A DNA stretch of 45,288 bases. Origin: Methylococcaceae bacterium. GTDB lineage: Bacteria > Pseudomonadota > Gammaproteobacteria > Methylococcales > Methylomonadaceae. A program made the position numbers and the translations under genes. The stretch is taken from assembly GCA_947506075.1 (NCBI GenBank), contig CANNNN010000001.1, forward strand, positions 1 to 45,288. The letters are read 5' to 3'. Numbering within the stretch: position 1 is the stretch's first letter; every line of letters starts with the position of its first letter. The notes under the pieces were generated by a model, which was not told the origin of the DNA, did no database searches, and saw only the letters and a program-made list of their open reading frames with translations. Below, piece by piece: positions 28,846-37,460 of this stretch.

Positions 28846-31382
28846 TATGCCATCTCCGCCAGTTTAAAATGCTTCCGCTCGCTTTCATCGGCCGGACGAA
28901 GCTGACCTCGCTCTTCGACGAAGACCACATTATCATCGGGCTGATCGCTGTTGACAAAATGCCTGAAACGTTTCAGTTTGGACTCGTCCTCAATCGTGGT
29001 AAGCCATTCGCATTGATAGGTGTCGATTACATGCTGCATCTGCTGCTCCAACTGCCCGCATAAGCCCAGTTTGTCGTCAATCACTACCGATTTTAAATAA
29101 TCCAGTCCGCCTTCCATATTTTCCATCCACACCGAGGTGCGTTGTAAACGGTCTGCGGTCCGCACATAAAAACTCAAAAAACGGTCGATGAATTTTATCA
29201 GGGTAGGCTTATCGAGTCCGGTGGCAAATAAATCCGCGTGGCGCGGTTTCATACCGCCGTTGCCGCAGACATAGAGGCTCCAGCCGGTTTCGGTCGCGAT
29301 GATACCAACATCTTTACCCTGCGCCTCGGCGCATTCCCGGGTGCAGCCGGACACGCCGAATTTGATTTTATGCGGCGAACGCAGGCCCTTGTAACGATTT
29401 TCCAGTTCTATAGCGAGTCCCACGCTGTCATCGACGCCGTAACGGCACCAGGTGCTGCCGACACAGGATTTGACGGTGCGCAGGGATTTGCCGTATGCGT
29501 GACCCGATTCAAAACCGGCATCTATCAATTCTTTCCAGATAGAGGGCAATTGATCGACCCGGGCTCCAAACATATCCACGCGCTGGCCGCCAGTGATCTT
29601 GGTATACAGCTTATATTTCTTGCCAACCTGGCCCAACGCAATCAGCATGTCGGGGCTGATTTCGCCGCCGGTGATGCGCGGCACGACCGAATAGGTACCA
29701 TCTTTTTGCATATTGGCCAGAAAGGTATCGTTGGTGTCCTGCAGCCCCAAATGGTCTTTTTCCAGAACATGATCGTTCCATTGTGAGGCCAGGATATTGG
29801 CGACGGCGGGCTTGCAAATCTCGCAGCCTATACCCTTACCGTGCCTGCGCAACAAGTCGGCAAAGGTTTTGATCCGCTCTACCTTAACCAGGTTAAATAA
29901 ATCCTGCCGGGTATGGGCAAAATGTTCGCAAATATCGGTATTGACTTCAAAACCCTGTTTGGACAATTCCGAATCCAGCACCGATTTCATTAGCGCAGAA
30001 CAACCACCGCAGCCGGTTGCCGCCTTGGTTTCGGCTTTTAACGCGCCCATCGTCATGCAGCCGCCTTCAATAGCCGAACAAATTGTGCCCTTGGTCACAT
30101 CGTAACAGGAACAGATTTGCGCAGATAGCGGCAGCGCATCAGGACCTAGGCCCACCGACTCATCGGAGCGGTGCGGTAAAATCAGCGCATCCGGATAAGC
30201 TGGCAACTCAATACCGTTCAGACAATATTGCAACAAGGTACTGTAACCCGAAGCATCGCCGACCAGCACCGCGCCCAGCAACTGCTTTTTATCCTGACTG
30301 ACGACCAGACGTTTATAGACCTCGCTGTCGCCATTTTGATAAGTGTAAACTTTCGCACCCTGAGTTTTTGCATGGGCATCGCCGATACTGGCTACATCAA
30401 CGCCCATCAGTTTCAGCTTGGTGCTCATATCCGCGCCGGTGAAACTTAGCGAGCCGCCTGCCAAAGCAGAGACTACGGTGCGCGCCATCGCGTAGCTGGG
30501 CGCGACCAGTCCGTAAATCATGCCGTTCCACAACGCGCATTCGCCTATCGCATAAATACTGGGGTCGGAGGTACGACACTGGTTGTCGATGACTATGCCG
30601 CCCCGCTGCCCGACCTCCAGACCGCAAACTCTGGCAATATCGTCACGCGGACGGATGCCGGCCGAAAACAGTACGATATCGGTTTCCAGTTCTTCGCCAT
30701 CGGCAAAACACATAAGATTTACGCACTGCTGACCATCAGTAATCAAACTGGTATTTTTACCGGTATGCACGGTCACGCCCAAATCCTCGATCTTGCGCCG
30801 TAACATCGCGCCGCCCGCGTCATCGAGCTGCACCGCCATCAAGCGCGGTGCAAATTCGACCACGTGGGTTTGCAATCCCAAATCCATCAAAGCCTTGGCC
30901 GCTTCCAGGCCCAACAAGCCACCGCCGACCACGGTGCCGACCTTGCCGACTTTAGCCGCAGCCGCCATCGCTTCAAGATCCTCGATGGTGCGATAAACCA
31001 GACATTGGGCGCGATCATGGCCGGGAACGGGCGGCACGAAAGGATAAGACCCGGTTGCCAACACCAATTTGTCATAACTGATGGTCAGGCCTTTTGCCGA
31101 GGTGACGGTTTTATTGTCTCTGTCGATGTTGGACGCTTTATCGCCCAAATGAATAGTGATGCCGTGTTGCTCGAAAAAATCGTCCTCGACTAACGACAGT
31201 TGCTTAGCGGTAGTGCCGGTAAAAAAAGACGATAAATGTACCCGGTCATAGGCGGCTCTGGGCTCTTCGCAAAAGGTAATGATTTGATATTGTTCTTTAA
31301 TAGCACTCTCAACCAGACTCGCCAGAAAATGCTGCCCGACCATGCCATTACCAATGACGACTAGTGTTTGTTTTACGCTCAT
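28845..31382 (-). CDS. nirB: NAD(P)H nitrite reductase large subunit
   Basis: GNGMVG, GGGLLGLEAA, BFD-type CSC..CGGC and CEIC, CVGSTWC and SGCTREC siroheme/Fe-S motifs. Confidence 0.97.
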   Translation of the reverse strand: MSVKQTLVVIGNGMVGQHFLASLVESAIKEQYQIITFCEEPRAAYDRVHLSSFFTGTTAKQLSLVEDDFFEQHGITIHLGDKASNIDRDNKTVTSAKGLTISYDKLVLATGSYPFVPPVPGHDRAQCLVYRTIEDLEAMAAAAKVGKVGTVVGGGLLGLEAAKALMDLGLQTHVVEFAPRLMAVQLDDAGGAMLRRKIEDLGVTVHTGKNTSLITDGQQCVNLMCFADGEELETDIVLFSAGIRPRDDIARVCGLEVGQRGGIVIDNQCRTSDPSIYAIGECALWNGMIYGLVAPSYAMARTVVSALAGGSLSFTGADMSTKLKLMGVDVASIGDAHAKTQGAKVYTYQNGDSEVYKRLVVSQDKKQLLGAVLVGDASGYSTLLQYCLNGIELPAYPDALILPHRSDESVGLGPDALPLSAQICSCYDVTKGTICSAIEGGCMTMGALKAETKAATGCGGCSALMKSVLDSELSKQGFEVNTDICEHFAHTRQDLFNLVKVERIKTFADLLRRHGKGIGCEICKPAVANILASQWNDHVLEKDHLGLQDTNDTFLANMQKDGTYSVVPRITGGEISPDMLIALGQVGKKYKLYTKITGGQRVDMFGARVDQLPSIWKELIDAGFESGHAYGKSLRTVKSCVGSTWCRYGVDDSVGLAIELENRYKGLRSPHKIKFGVSGCTRECAEAQGKDVGIIATETGWSLYVCGNGGMKPRHADLFATGLDKPTLIKFIDRFLSFYVRTADRLQRTSVWMENMEGGLDYLKSVVIDDKLGLCGQLEQQMQHVIDTYQCEWLTTIEDESKLKRFRHFVNSDQPDDNVVFVEERGQLRPADESERKHFKLAEMA

Positions 31383-31425
31383 AAGCTAACCCCGATAACA
31401 TTCTGTTGTTGTTTGAGGATATAGA

Positions 31426-31440
31426 GCAACTGCTGTGCCA
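31426..31440 (-). promoter_or_regulatory. Sigma54 -24/-12 promoter of nirBD
   Basis: TGGCACAGCAGTTGC on the minus strand, an exact TGGCAC-N5-TTGC match. Confidence 0.8.
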
Positions 31441-31505
31441 AACTTAACAAGACTATGAGTTTAATGACTAGAACTATCATTAAACTAAAAAACGAAGCTA
31501 CCAAC

Positions 31506-31551
31506 GAACCAAGATGGTGCTCAGAATTAATTAATGCTCGTTTACTGTGCA
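31506..31551. promoter_or_regulatory. Pair of NtrC-like binding sites
   Basis: GAACC-N5-GGTGC (31506-31520) and TGCTC-N7-GTGCA (31535-31551) vs TGCAC-N7-GTGCA. Confidence 0.55.
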
Positions 31552-31604
31552 ATGATTTTATGACAAGCAACAAATATTCCGCTATCCGCTAGTGATATAA
31601 AAAA

Positions 31605-31619
31605 TGGCCTAGTTTGTGC
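31605..31619 (+). promoter_or_regulatory. Possible sigma54 promoter of the ANTAR regulator
   Basis: TGGCCTAGTTTGTGC (GG-N10-GC). Confidence 0.45.
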
Positions 31620-31632
31620 TTATATTTTGAGC

Positions 31633-32208
31633 ATGAATAATCTAAATATAATGCTTATCGAAGATGAAATAACCGACCCGTTATTGGAAAAAATACTGGT
31701 TACTAAAGGCTATTCGGTCAAAAGCATTGTAATGCCTGGCGAAAACCTCAAATTCTTAGTCGAGAATCACAAAACGGATCTGGTTATTTTCAACATTACC
31801 AACCCTAGAAAACATATTCAGGACATTCATTACCTTAACCAGCATCAAGTGTTACCAATCATCATTTTTACCGCTGATGATACATCTGACACCATCAAGC
31901 AAATCGTCAAGGCCGGGGGCAGCGCTTATGTGGTCAACGGCCTGGAAACCAGTCGCATTAACAGCGCTATCATTATCGCGATGGCGAGATTTAACGAGCA
32001 GCAAGAGCTTAAAAATGAATTGGCGCAAACAAAGTCCAAGCTTGAAGAGCGGAAACTGATCGATAGGGCCAAAGGTATTTTGATCAAAACCCGCAACTAT
32101 TCCGAAGACGAGGCTTATCACACCTTAAGAAAACTGGCGATGGACCGCAATATTCCAATCGGAGAAATGGCGAAAAACGTTATCGCGATGGCTGATCTGC
32201 TTAAATAA
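31633..32208 (+). CDS. nasT: NasT-like pseudo-REC/ANTAR antiterminator
   Basis: ANTAR motif ERKLIDRAKGIL..SEDEAYHTLRKLAM; GGSAYVV; phospho-Asp position is Asn (DLVIFN); divergent from nirB. Confidence 0.8.
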   Translation: MNNLNIMLIEDEITDPLLEKILVTKGYSVKSIVMPGENLKFLVENHKTDLVIFNITNPRKHIQDIHYLNQHQVLPIIIFTADDTSDTIKQIVKAGGSAYVVNGLETSRINSAIIIAMARFNEQQELKNELAQTKSKLEERKLIDRAKGILIKTRNYSEDEAYHTLRKLAMDRNIPIGEMAKNVIAMADLLK

Positions 32209-32237
32209 CTCAAAAAACAGACTGCTATAGATCTCGC

Positions 32238-32272
32238 TGCCGGTTCCCAAGCTTCAAGCTTGGGAACCGGCA
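32238..32272. repeat. Perfect palindrome of family A between convergent genes (possible terminator role)
   Basis: TGCCGGTTCCCAAGCTT-C-AAGCTTGGGAACCGGCA, 17-bp arms. Confidence 0.7.
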
Positions 32273-32352
32273 TGCATAAAGCTAGAGCCTCACCTAGCGG
32301 ATGCCGTTATTTTTCGTGCTAAGCGTGGAAAATTATTTAAGTGTTTATTACA

Positions 32353-33258
32353 CTATTTCTTAAACCAAGCTTTAACCACCGGCCAGCCACGACTTAGCCA
32401 TTGTTCTTTAGCAAAAATCCCTGCCAGTTTAAGCTGCTGACCCAACACCTTAAGATAAAACCAAGCCCTGTCCGCAAGTGATACTTCCGAACTATCGCGC
32501 AGTTGTAAATAACGCGCACCGAAACCATTAATAAAGACCGGTTTAAACAGCCACATTTCCAGAATAGAAGTTACCCACATAAACATGAACGAGACGCCCA
32601 TACCCATACCGGCAAAAATAACCAGCCAGGCAAACATCGGGTGAATTTTGGTCAACCACCAGGACAAGATATCGGCCACCAGAAAGACATAGGGCATGCC
32701 GATGGCTATGCATTTATATTGCGTGGTGGTGGTCTCCGCAAAACTGAAAATAAGCCCGACAAACATAAAAATGAAACTGATGCCGAACATATGCACATGC
32801 GAAACCCGCGTCAAGGACTCGAAGGTCGCACCGGTATCCTGTGTCGTTAAGGCTTTTACTGCCTCAAACCGAGTAAAATCAGGTATGCCGGAAGCCTCCT
32901 TGTTATGGCACATCACACAACGGCTTTCAATTATTGTTTCAATGCCGTCGGCTATATAAGCATCACTATCCGCGCCATCTCTGACCCATTCCATAATCTT
33001 GAATCGCTCCTTTTCCGGGGCATTCTCTTTCATCGAGCCATTCAATTTCTGCTCCAACACTGTACCTGAACGGTTTCCGTAATAACTGTAAACAATATCG
33101 TCAACCGACAAACCGAATTTTCCATCCGCCATGCCGTGGGTAAACAATATCTGAATTAAGGCAAACATATAGCCGATACCCACCGTACACAGATAACCGG
33201 TAAATAATACCTTGATGGGGGTGTCGTGATCTTTTAGAGGTGTATATTTTGTAGTCAT
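32353..33258 (-). CDS. Uncharacterised membrane protein with a CxxCH heme-c motif
   Basis: CVMCH, about 4 TM segments, HG and SHVH histidines; start taken at MTTKY. Confidence 0.7.
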   Translation of the reverse strand: MTTKYTPLKDHDTPIKVLFTGYLCTVGIGYMFALIQILFTHGMADGKFGLSVDDIVYSYYGNRSGTVLEQKLNGSMKENAPEKERFKIMEWVRDGADSDAYIADGIETIIESRCVMCHNKEASGIPDFTRFEAVKALTTQDTGATFESLTRVSHVHMFGISFIFMFVGLIFSFAETTTTQYKCIAIGMPYVFLVADILSWWLTKIHPMFAWLVIFAGMGMGVSFMFMWVTSILEMWLFKPVFINGFGARYLQLRDSSEVSLADRAWFYLKVLGQQLKLAGIFAKEQWLSRGWPVVKAWFKK

Positions 33259-33344
33259 ATGATTATTTGTTGAATAACAGGTTGATTTCATGGTTAGAGC
33301 CATCAGGATTATAGCTTATTATGATAGCGTTGATTGCCTGAAGC

Positions 33345-33426
33345 ATGACGGGGCTTTAACCCCGTCATTAAAGTTTTATCCATTTAAAGCCCCAAACGTT
33401 TCGGTCGGGCTTGCAAACCCCGACCG
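33345..33426. repeat. REP doublet family C
   Basis: Hairpins ATGACGGGG/CCCCGTCAT and CGGTCGGG..CCCGACCG. Confidence 0.6.
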
Positions 33427-33452
33427 GCTCATTTATTTGCCTTAGCCGGCAA

Positions 33453-34367
33453 TTAAAATATAAAGGTAACCACGGCTTTCAAATGGCCGTCAGCTATGAC
33501 AGGCATCGCAAGCATCGAACTCACACGGCCGGAAACAAGACCGTTCGAATGATTTCTAATCACCGGAACGCCCGTCAGCCATACCCGGCCCAATAAGCCC
33601 TCGCCTTTGCGGACTGAAACACTTTCAAAGATTTCAGCCAGCTCATCATTTTGCTTACTGTATCCTGACTGACACACCAAACACTGCTCATTTTCGTCTA
33701 TCACCCATATCTGTATCCTCCGGGCAATGGGCGTCGCTTTAGCCGACAGAAAGGTCATAATATAAACCTGCTTTTCAAGCACCGAAATCGGTATACCCAG
33801 CGCTGTGGTAATGCCACTATTTCCGGCCTCCATACTTCTGACAAAAGCCGATTCCAAACCCAGATCCTCTATCAAGACCGGCATACCCGTTGCCCAGACC
33901 TGCCCAGGCAGCCCAGAACCTTTGCCAAACCTCATTGCTCCGGACATGCGATCAAAATCAGCCAACGTTCCGTAATAGCCGTCACTAACAGCCAACTCGG
34001 CATTGTCCCCGACACTGTTACTCCACACTTCGATAGCGCCGGAATAATGCTGGTCGTTACCACATAAAAACACCACCACGGCCATCAAAAATTCACCGGA
34101 AAATATAGGTATCGCAATGCCGCAGGTTAAACCGGCTTTTTTAGCCGATTTTGTGCGCTTAAAATAGGAATGCTCAAATTCGGTCAAGACCACCGGATGA
34201 CCTGCAGCCCAGGCTTTGCCGGGCAAGCCTTCGTCGAAGGCAAAAGATTCTTTTTCGCTGGCTACCCGAAACTCATTCAAATCACCATACAAACCGGCAC
34301 TAAACTCCAGGTGGGTACGATCCTTTGCCGGTATCCATATTTCCGTCACTTTAATAAATGTTTTCAT
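33453..34367 (-). CDS. Stand-alone tandem GAF-domain protein
   Basis: Three GLPG/GLLG-xxW repeats (GLPGKAW, GLPGQVW, GLLGRVW) with GIAIP/ALGIP/LAMP; no output domain. Confidence 0.75.
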   Translation of the reverse strand: MKTFIKVTEIWIPAKDRTHLEFSAGLYGDLNEFRVASEKESFAFDEGLPGKAWAAGHPVVLTEFEHSYFKRTKSAKKAGLTCGIAIPIFSGEFLMAVVVFLCGNDQHYSGAIEVWSNSVGDNAELAVSDGYYGTLADFDRMSGAMRFGKGSGLPGQVWATGMPVLIEDLGLESAFVRSMEAGNSGITTALGIPISVLEKQVYIMTFLSAKATPIARRIQIWVIDENEQCLVCQSGYSKQNDELAEIFESVSVRKGEGLLGRVWLTGVPVIRNHSNGLVSGRVSSMLAMPVIADGHLKAVVTFIF

Positions 34368-34368
34368 C

Positions 34369-35340
34369 TCAAACCGCTTTCTTTACCTTATCTCGATTGT
34401 TCAACAACATCCCTTCCGCCTTGCTGCCCAAATAAACATAAATACCCAACGACACCAGCAGCAAGGCCACCGCAATAATAATCCACACCGCTACAATAAT
34501 ATGCTCGCTGTCACCTTTTAACGCGAATTTAAAGATCATCAATAAGGCCTCAATCGATACGGCGATAATAATCACCGCAATAAAGCGGGTAATCGTCCGC
34601 CTAGTTGAGCTGTGCCTGAGGATATCCTTATATAACAAAACCTCTTCTTCCAGCGTAGTCTTGCCCAAATCAAAAATAGCCAGCGCCAGGGTCAGATAAA
34701 TCACCACGCCAAATGGAATTTCCATTGCTATTTGCGGATCCATGATCGAGCGCAGCACCTTGAAGCATTCAACCCCGGCCGCATAAAGCAGCACCAGTGC
34801 AACCGTAAATAAACCCAGCACAATCAGTGTATACATGGTTTTAAAATAAGGCTCGAAATGGATGCATCGGCTGTCGCCGGTCAATACATCCAGCATTGAA
34901 CTTAGATCAATATCCAGCACAACTATGCCTTTAATGCTGCTGTCCTGATCCATAATTTTCATACTGGCGGACAAGCATAACTCCCGCTTGACGCTGGACA
35001 AATAAGGCTCGGTCACAGCCACGCCGTCGGCCTTGATTGCAGCCAGATAATAGGGCCGATTGCTGCGATCTGCATCCAGGCCAATTTTAGGATGATGCTT
35101 GAAATGACTGCCCGGCACATTAACGCAGATTTGTTTGCCTTTTACATCCAGCAGGTAAAACAGGCTGATAAAAGGATAATAAGAACACAGCGAGCTAAGC
35201 AACTCAGTCAGCTCCTGATAACTTTTATCAAACAGCTTTTCATCGGCAAAGCAGCCCAAGATGGAAGACAGCATATTATGAATAGCGGGCCGGTGCTCTT
35301 CGTATTTCTCAATGACATTGAGATGACTCATTTTAGACAT
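34369..35340 (-). CDS. PDC/Cache-like sensor domain plus 4-TM membrane protein
   Basis: DRSNRPYY and VTEPYLS Cache motifs; C-terminal TMs with LAIFDLGKT and IAVSIEAL; start at MSKM. Confidence 0.75.
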   Translation of the reverse strand: MSKMSHLNVIEKYEEHRPAIHNMLSSILGCFADEKLFDKSYQELTELLSSLCSYYPFISLFYLLDVKGKQICVNVPGSHFKHHPKIGLDADRSNRPYYLAAIKADGVAVTEPYLSSVKRELCLSASMKIMDQDSSIKGIVVLDIDLSSMLDVLTGDSRCIHFEPYFKTMYTLIVLGLFTVALVLLYAAGVECFKVLRSIMDPQIAMEIPFGVVIYLTLALAIFDLGKTTLEEEVLLYKDILRHSSTRRTITRFIAVIIIAVSIEALLMIFKFALKGDSEHIIVAVWIIIAVALLLVSLGIYVYLGSKAEGMLLNNRDKVKKAV

Positions 35341-35380
35341 GCCCTGTTCCTGGGAGTTTAGATATCTAGCAAAAATAAAA

Positions 35381-35395
35381 GCAGTTATTATGCCA
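35381..35395 (-). promoter_or_regulatory. Sigma54 promoter of the Cache-GAF operon
   Basis: TGGCATAATAACTGC on the minus strand (GG-N10-GC). Confidence 0.6.
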
Positions 35396-35601
35396 GCTAG
35401 GCAGACAGGCCGCAGGACTTGGGTTAGTTCTATTACAGCAGCCACTGCACACAACTAAACGATCTATATTGGTGCGCCAATATAGGAGACTGCCCCTGTT
35501 TAATGCATTGCTTTATTGCAATCAACCCAGCCCCATTCAATATTGCATTGAACCACTTGTATTTATTGATAAAAATTAATTACAAAACACCATGGAAATA
35601 T

Positions 35602-35616
35602 TGGCATATTAACTGC
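35602..35616 (+). promoter_or_regulatory. Sigma54 promoter of the bfd-like/EAL unit
   Basis: TGGCATATTAACTGC (GG-N10-GC). Confidence 0.6.
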
Positions 35617-35632
35617 TGATATAATCACATAA

Positions 35633-35696
35633 GCTCCAATGCCGGAGCGCTGAAAATTTTTAGTTTAACGTCGAACTACCTAGGCAATGGCGCCTA
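35633..35696 (+). promoter_or_regulatory. ANTAR-type dual hexaloop RNA hairpins
   Basis: GCTCC-AATGCC-GGAGC and TAGGC-AATGGC-GCCTA; both loops have A1 and G4. Confidence 0.6.
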
Positions 35697-35726
35697 CTCT
35701 AAGGTGACCTCCAGGAGTTAAATACT

Positions 35727-35912
35727 ATGAACATTTGCCGGTGTTTTGATGTTTCTCGATCCGAACTAAAAAAGGTCATTAATAACGACCATAATTCAAT
35801 AGACAAACTGTCAGACCAATTACCGGCTGGCAGTCATTGCGGAGGCAGCATAAAAACAACTATTTCCTATGGAAATTATTCATCGTCGCAAAATAAATTT
35901 ATCAGTATCTAA
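35727..35912 (+). CDS. Bfd-like [2Fe-2S] ferredoxin, degenerate
   Basis: ICRCFDVS...AGSHCGGS (fourth Cys is Ser); AGGAG RBS. Confidence 0.55.
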   Translation: MNICRCFDVSRSELKKVINNDHNSIDKLSDQLPAGSHCGGSIKTTISYGNYSSSQNKFISI

Positions 35913-35995
35913 AAACCAATGAATCTACTGGAGAAGCTTTAACCCGGCCATATCACCGAAAAGCAACAAACACTCTCCATGACATAACGCCATAA

Positions 35996-37315
35996 TTGAA
36001 GATCCTTATGATTACTGAAAAAAACCCATGCTCTTGCCCCCCGACCAGTGTTAGCGCAATCATCGGTCATAAGCCCTCAGCCCGGCCAGCTACTGCCCTT
36101 GGTCGAGGCGCTGTCACGATCTTGTCCAGCTCTACAACCACGAGCGCTGAAGATAAAAGCCTGTTCCCCTATTTTCAGCCCATTGTTGGCGCCGCCAGCG
36201 GCACTATCATCGGTTATGAAGCCTTGGCCAGGCAAAATGATGACCAGGGCAGGGTTATTTCGGCAGGCGAGCTATTTTGTTCGCCAGATATTTCTGTCGA
36301 TCAACTGATTGCCTGGGATCGAAAAGTTCGGCGACTGGCGCTGCAACAATTCAAGCTATCAAATTGCAGCGGCTATTTAACCATCAATATCTCGGCCGCC
36401 TGGGTCGATCTGATTACCGACTTTAATGCCTTACCAACGGTATTGATGTTGGACGAACTCAATATTGATCGCAGCAGGGTCATTATTGAAATAACCGAAT
36501 CCAAAGGCGACCTCGACAAACTCGTTGAAATTGCCACCGTATATCGTAAGCACGGCTTGAAAATAGCGATTGATGATTTTGGCGCGGGATTTTCCCAACT
36601 GGAAAGAGTCATGGCCATACAACCCGACATCATCAAGCTCGATATGCAGTTATTCCAGAATGCGGCCAAAGGCGGCATTGCCAGCGATATCGTGCATTTG
36701 ATCTCCCGTCTGGCTAAACGCACCGGCTGCCGTATCGTTTGCGAAGGAGTGGAAACCGAAGCCGACTTTCATTTCGGTTTAAGCTGCGGCGCCCAATATA
36801 TGCAAGGCTATCTGTTTTCGCCGGCCACAGCAGAATTCAAAGAACCGCTGTATTATCAACAACAAATAAACACATTACGAAAAAGTTTCTTGTCCAAAAC
36901 CTTAGCAAGGGAGAAACATAAAATACAGTTTATCGCCAACATTAAGAACTTGATTGAACTGCTGAAAAAAGCCCTGGAAACCGACTTTAACCTGAATAAA
37001 TTATCCGCACATCCATTTGAAGCCAGCGGTGTGCTGCGCTTTTATTTATGCAATAACGAGGGCGAACAAATCTCCTCGAATTTTAATTTTGCCGATGCCA
37101 ACTGGTACGAGGATACGTCCCAACGTGGTTTTAACTGGGCATGGCGACCTTATTTTTACCAGTTACTGGCGCTTGAGGCAGAAAAAGACAGCTATCGCCT
37201 GGTCACGTCGGAACGTTATCGGGATTTCAATACCGATATACTGTGTAAAACCCTGTCACTTAGACTGGATGATCAACGCATCTTGTTAATTGATGTTGCC
37301 GCCGAGTGGCTATGA
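35996..37315 (+). CDS. EAL-domain c-di-GMP phosphodiesterase with YkuI-like C-terminal domain (start uncertain)
   Basis: PYFQPI, GYEALAR, IEITE, IDDFGAG, CEGVET, QGYLF; C-terminal NWAWRPYF. Confidence 0.85.
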   Translation: MKILMITEKNPCSCPPTSVSAIIGHKPSARPATALGRGAVTILSSSTTTSAEDKSLFPYFQPIVGAASGTIIGYEALARQNDDQGRVISAGELFCSPDISVDQLIAWDRKVRRLALQQFKLSNCSGYLTINISAAWVDLITDFNALPTVLMLDELNIDRSRVIIEITESKGDLDKLVEIATVYRKHGLKIAIDDFGAGFSQLERVMAIQPDIIKLDMQLFQNAAKGGIASDIVHLISRLAKRTGCRIVCEGVETEADFHFGLSCGAQYMQGYLFSPATAEFKEPLYYQQQINTLRKSFLSKTLAREKHKIQFIANIKNLIELLKKALETDFNLNKLSAHPFEASGVLRFYLCNNEGEQISSNFNFADANWYEDTSQRGFNWAWRPYFYQLLALEAEKDSYRLVTSERYRDFNTDILCKTLSLRLDDQRILLIDVAAEWL

Positions 37316-37398
37316 TATTGAGCAATTGTCCTCATGCCCAACGAGAACATAGTCAAAAGTTTACGATAACTACCCATTTAACGCGGAGCGATTTTTAC

Positions 37399-37435
37399 GC
37401 TGATTCCCAAGCTGGGTCGGGGCTCGGAAATCAGC
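37399..37435. repeat. Degenerate family A hairpin between convergent genes
   Basis: GCTGATTCCCAAGC ... GCTCGGAAATCAGC. Confidence 0.45.
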
Positions 37436-37460
37436 ATTACCGCAGTATGCGTTCGAGCAC

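Noticed and set aside
31379-31573. 64-aa ORF upstream of nirB
   Set aside because: Spans the sigma54 promoter and NtrC-like sites; no recognisable motif
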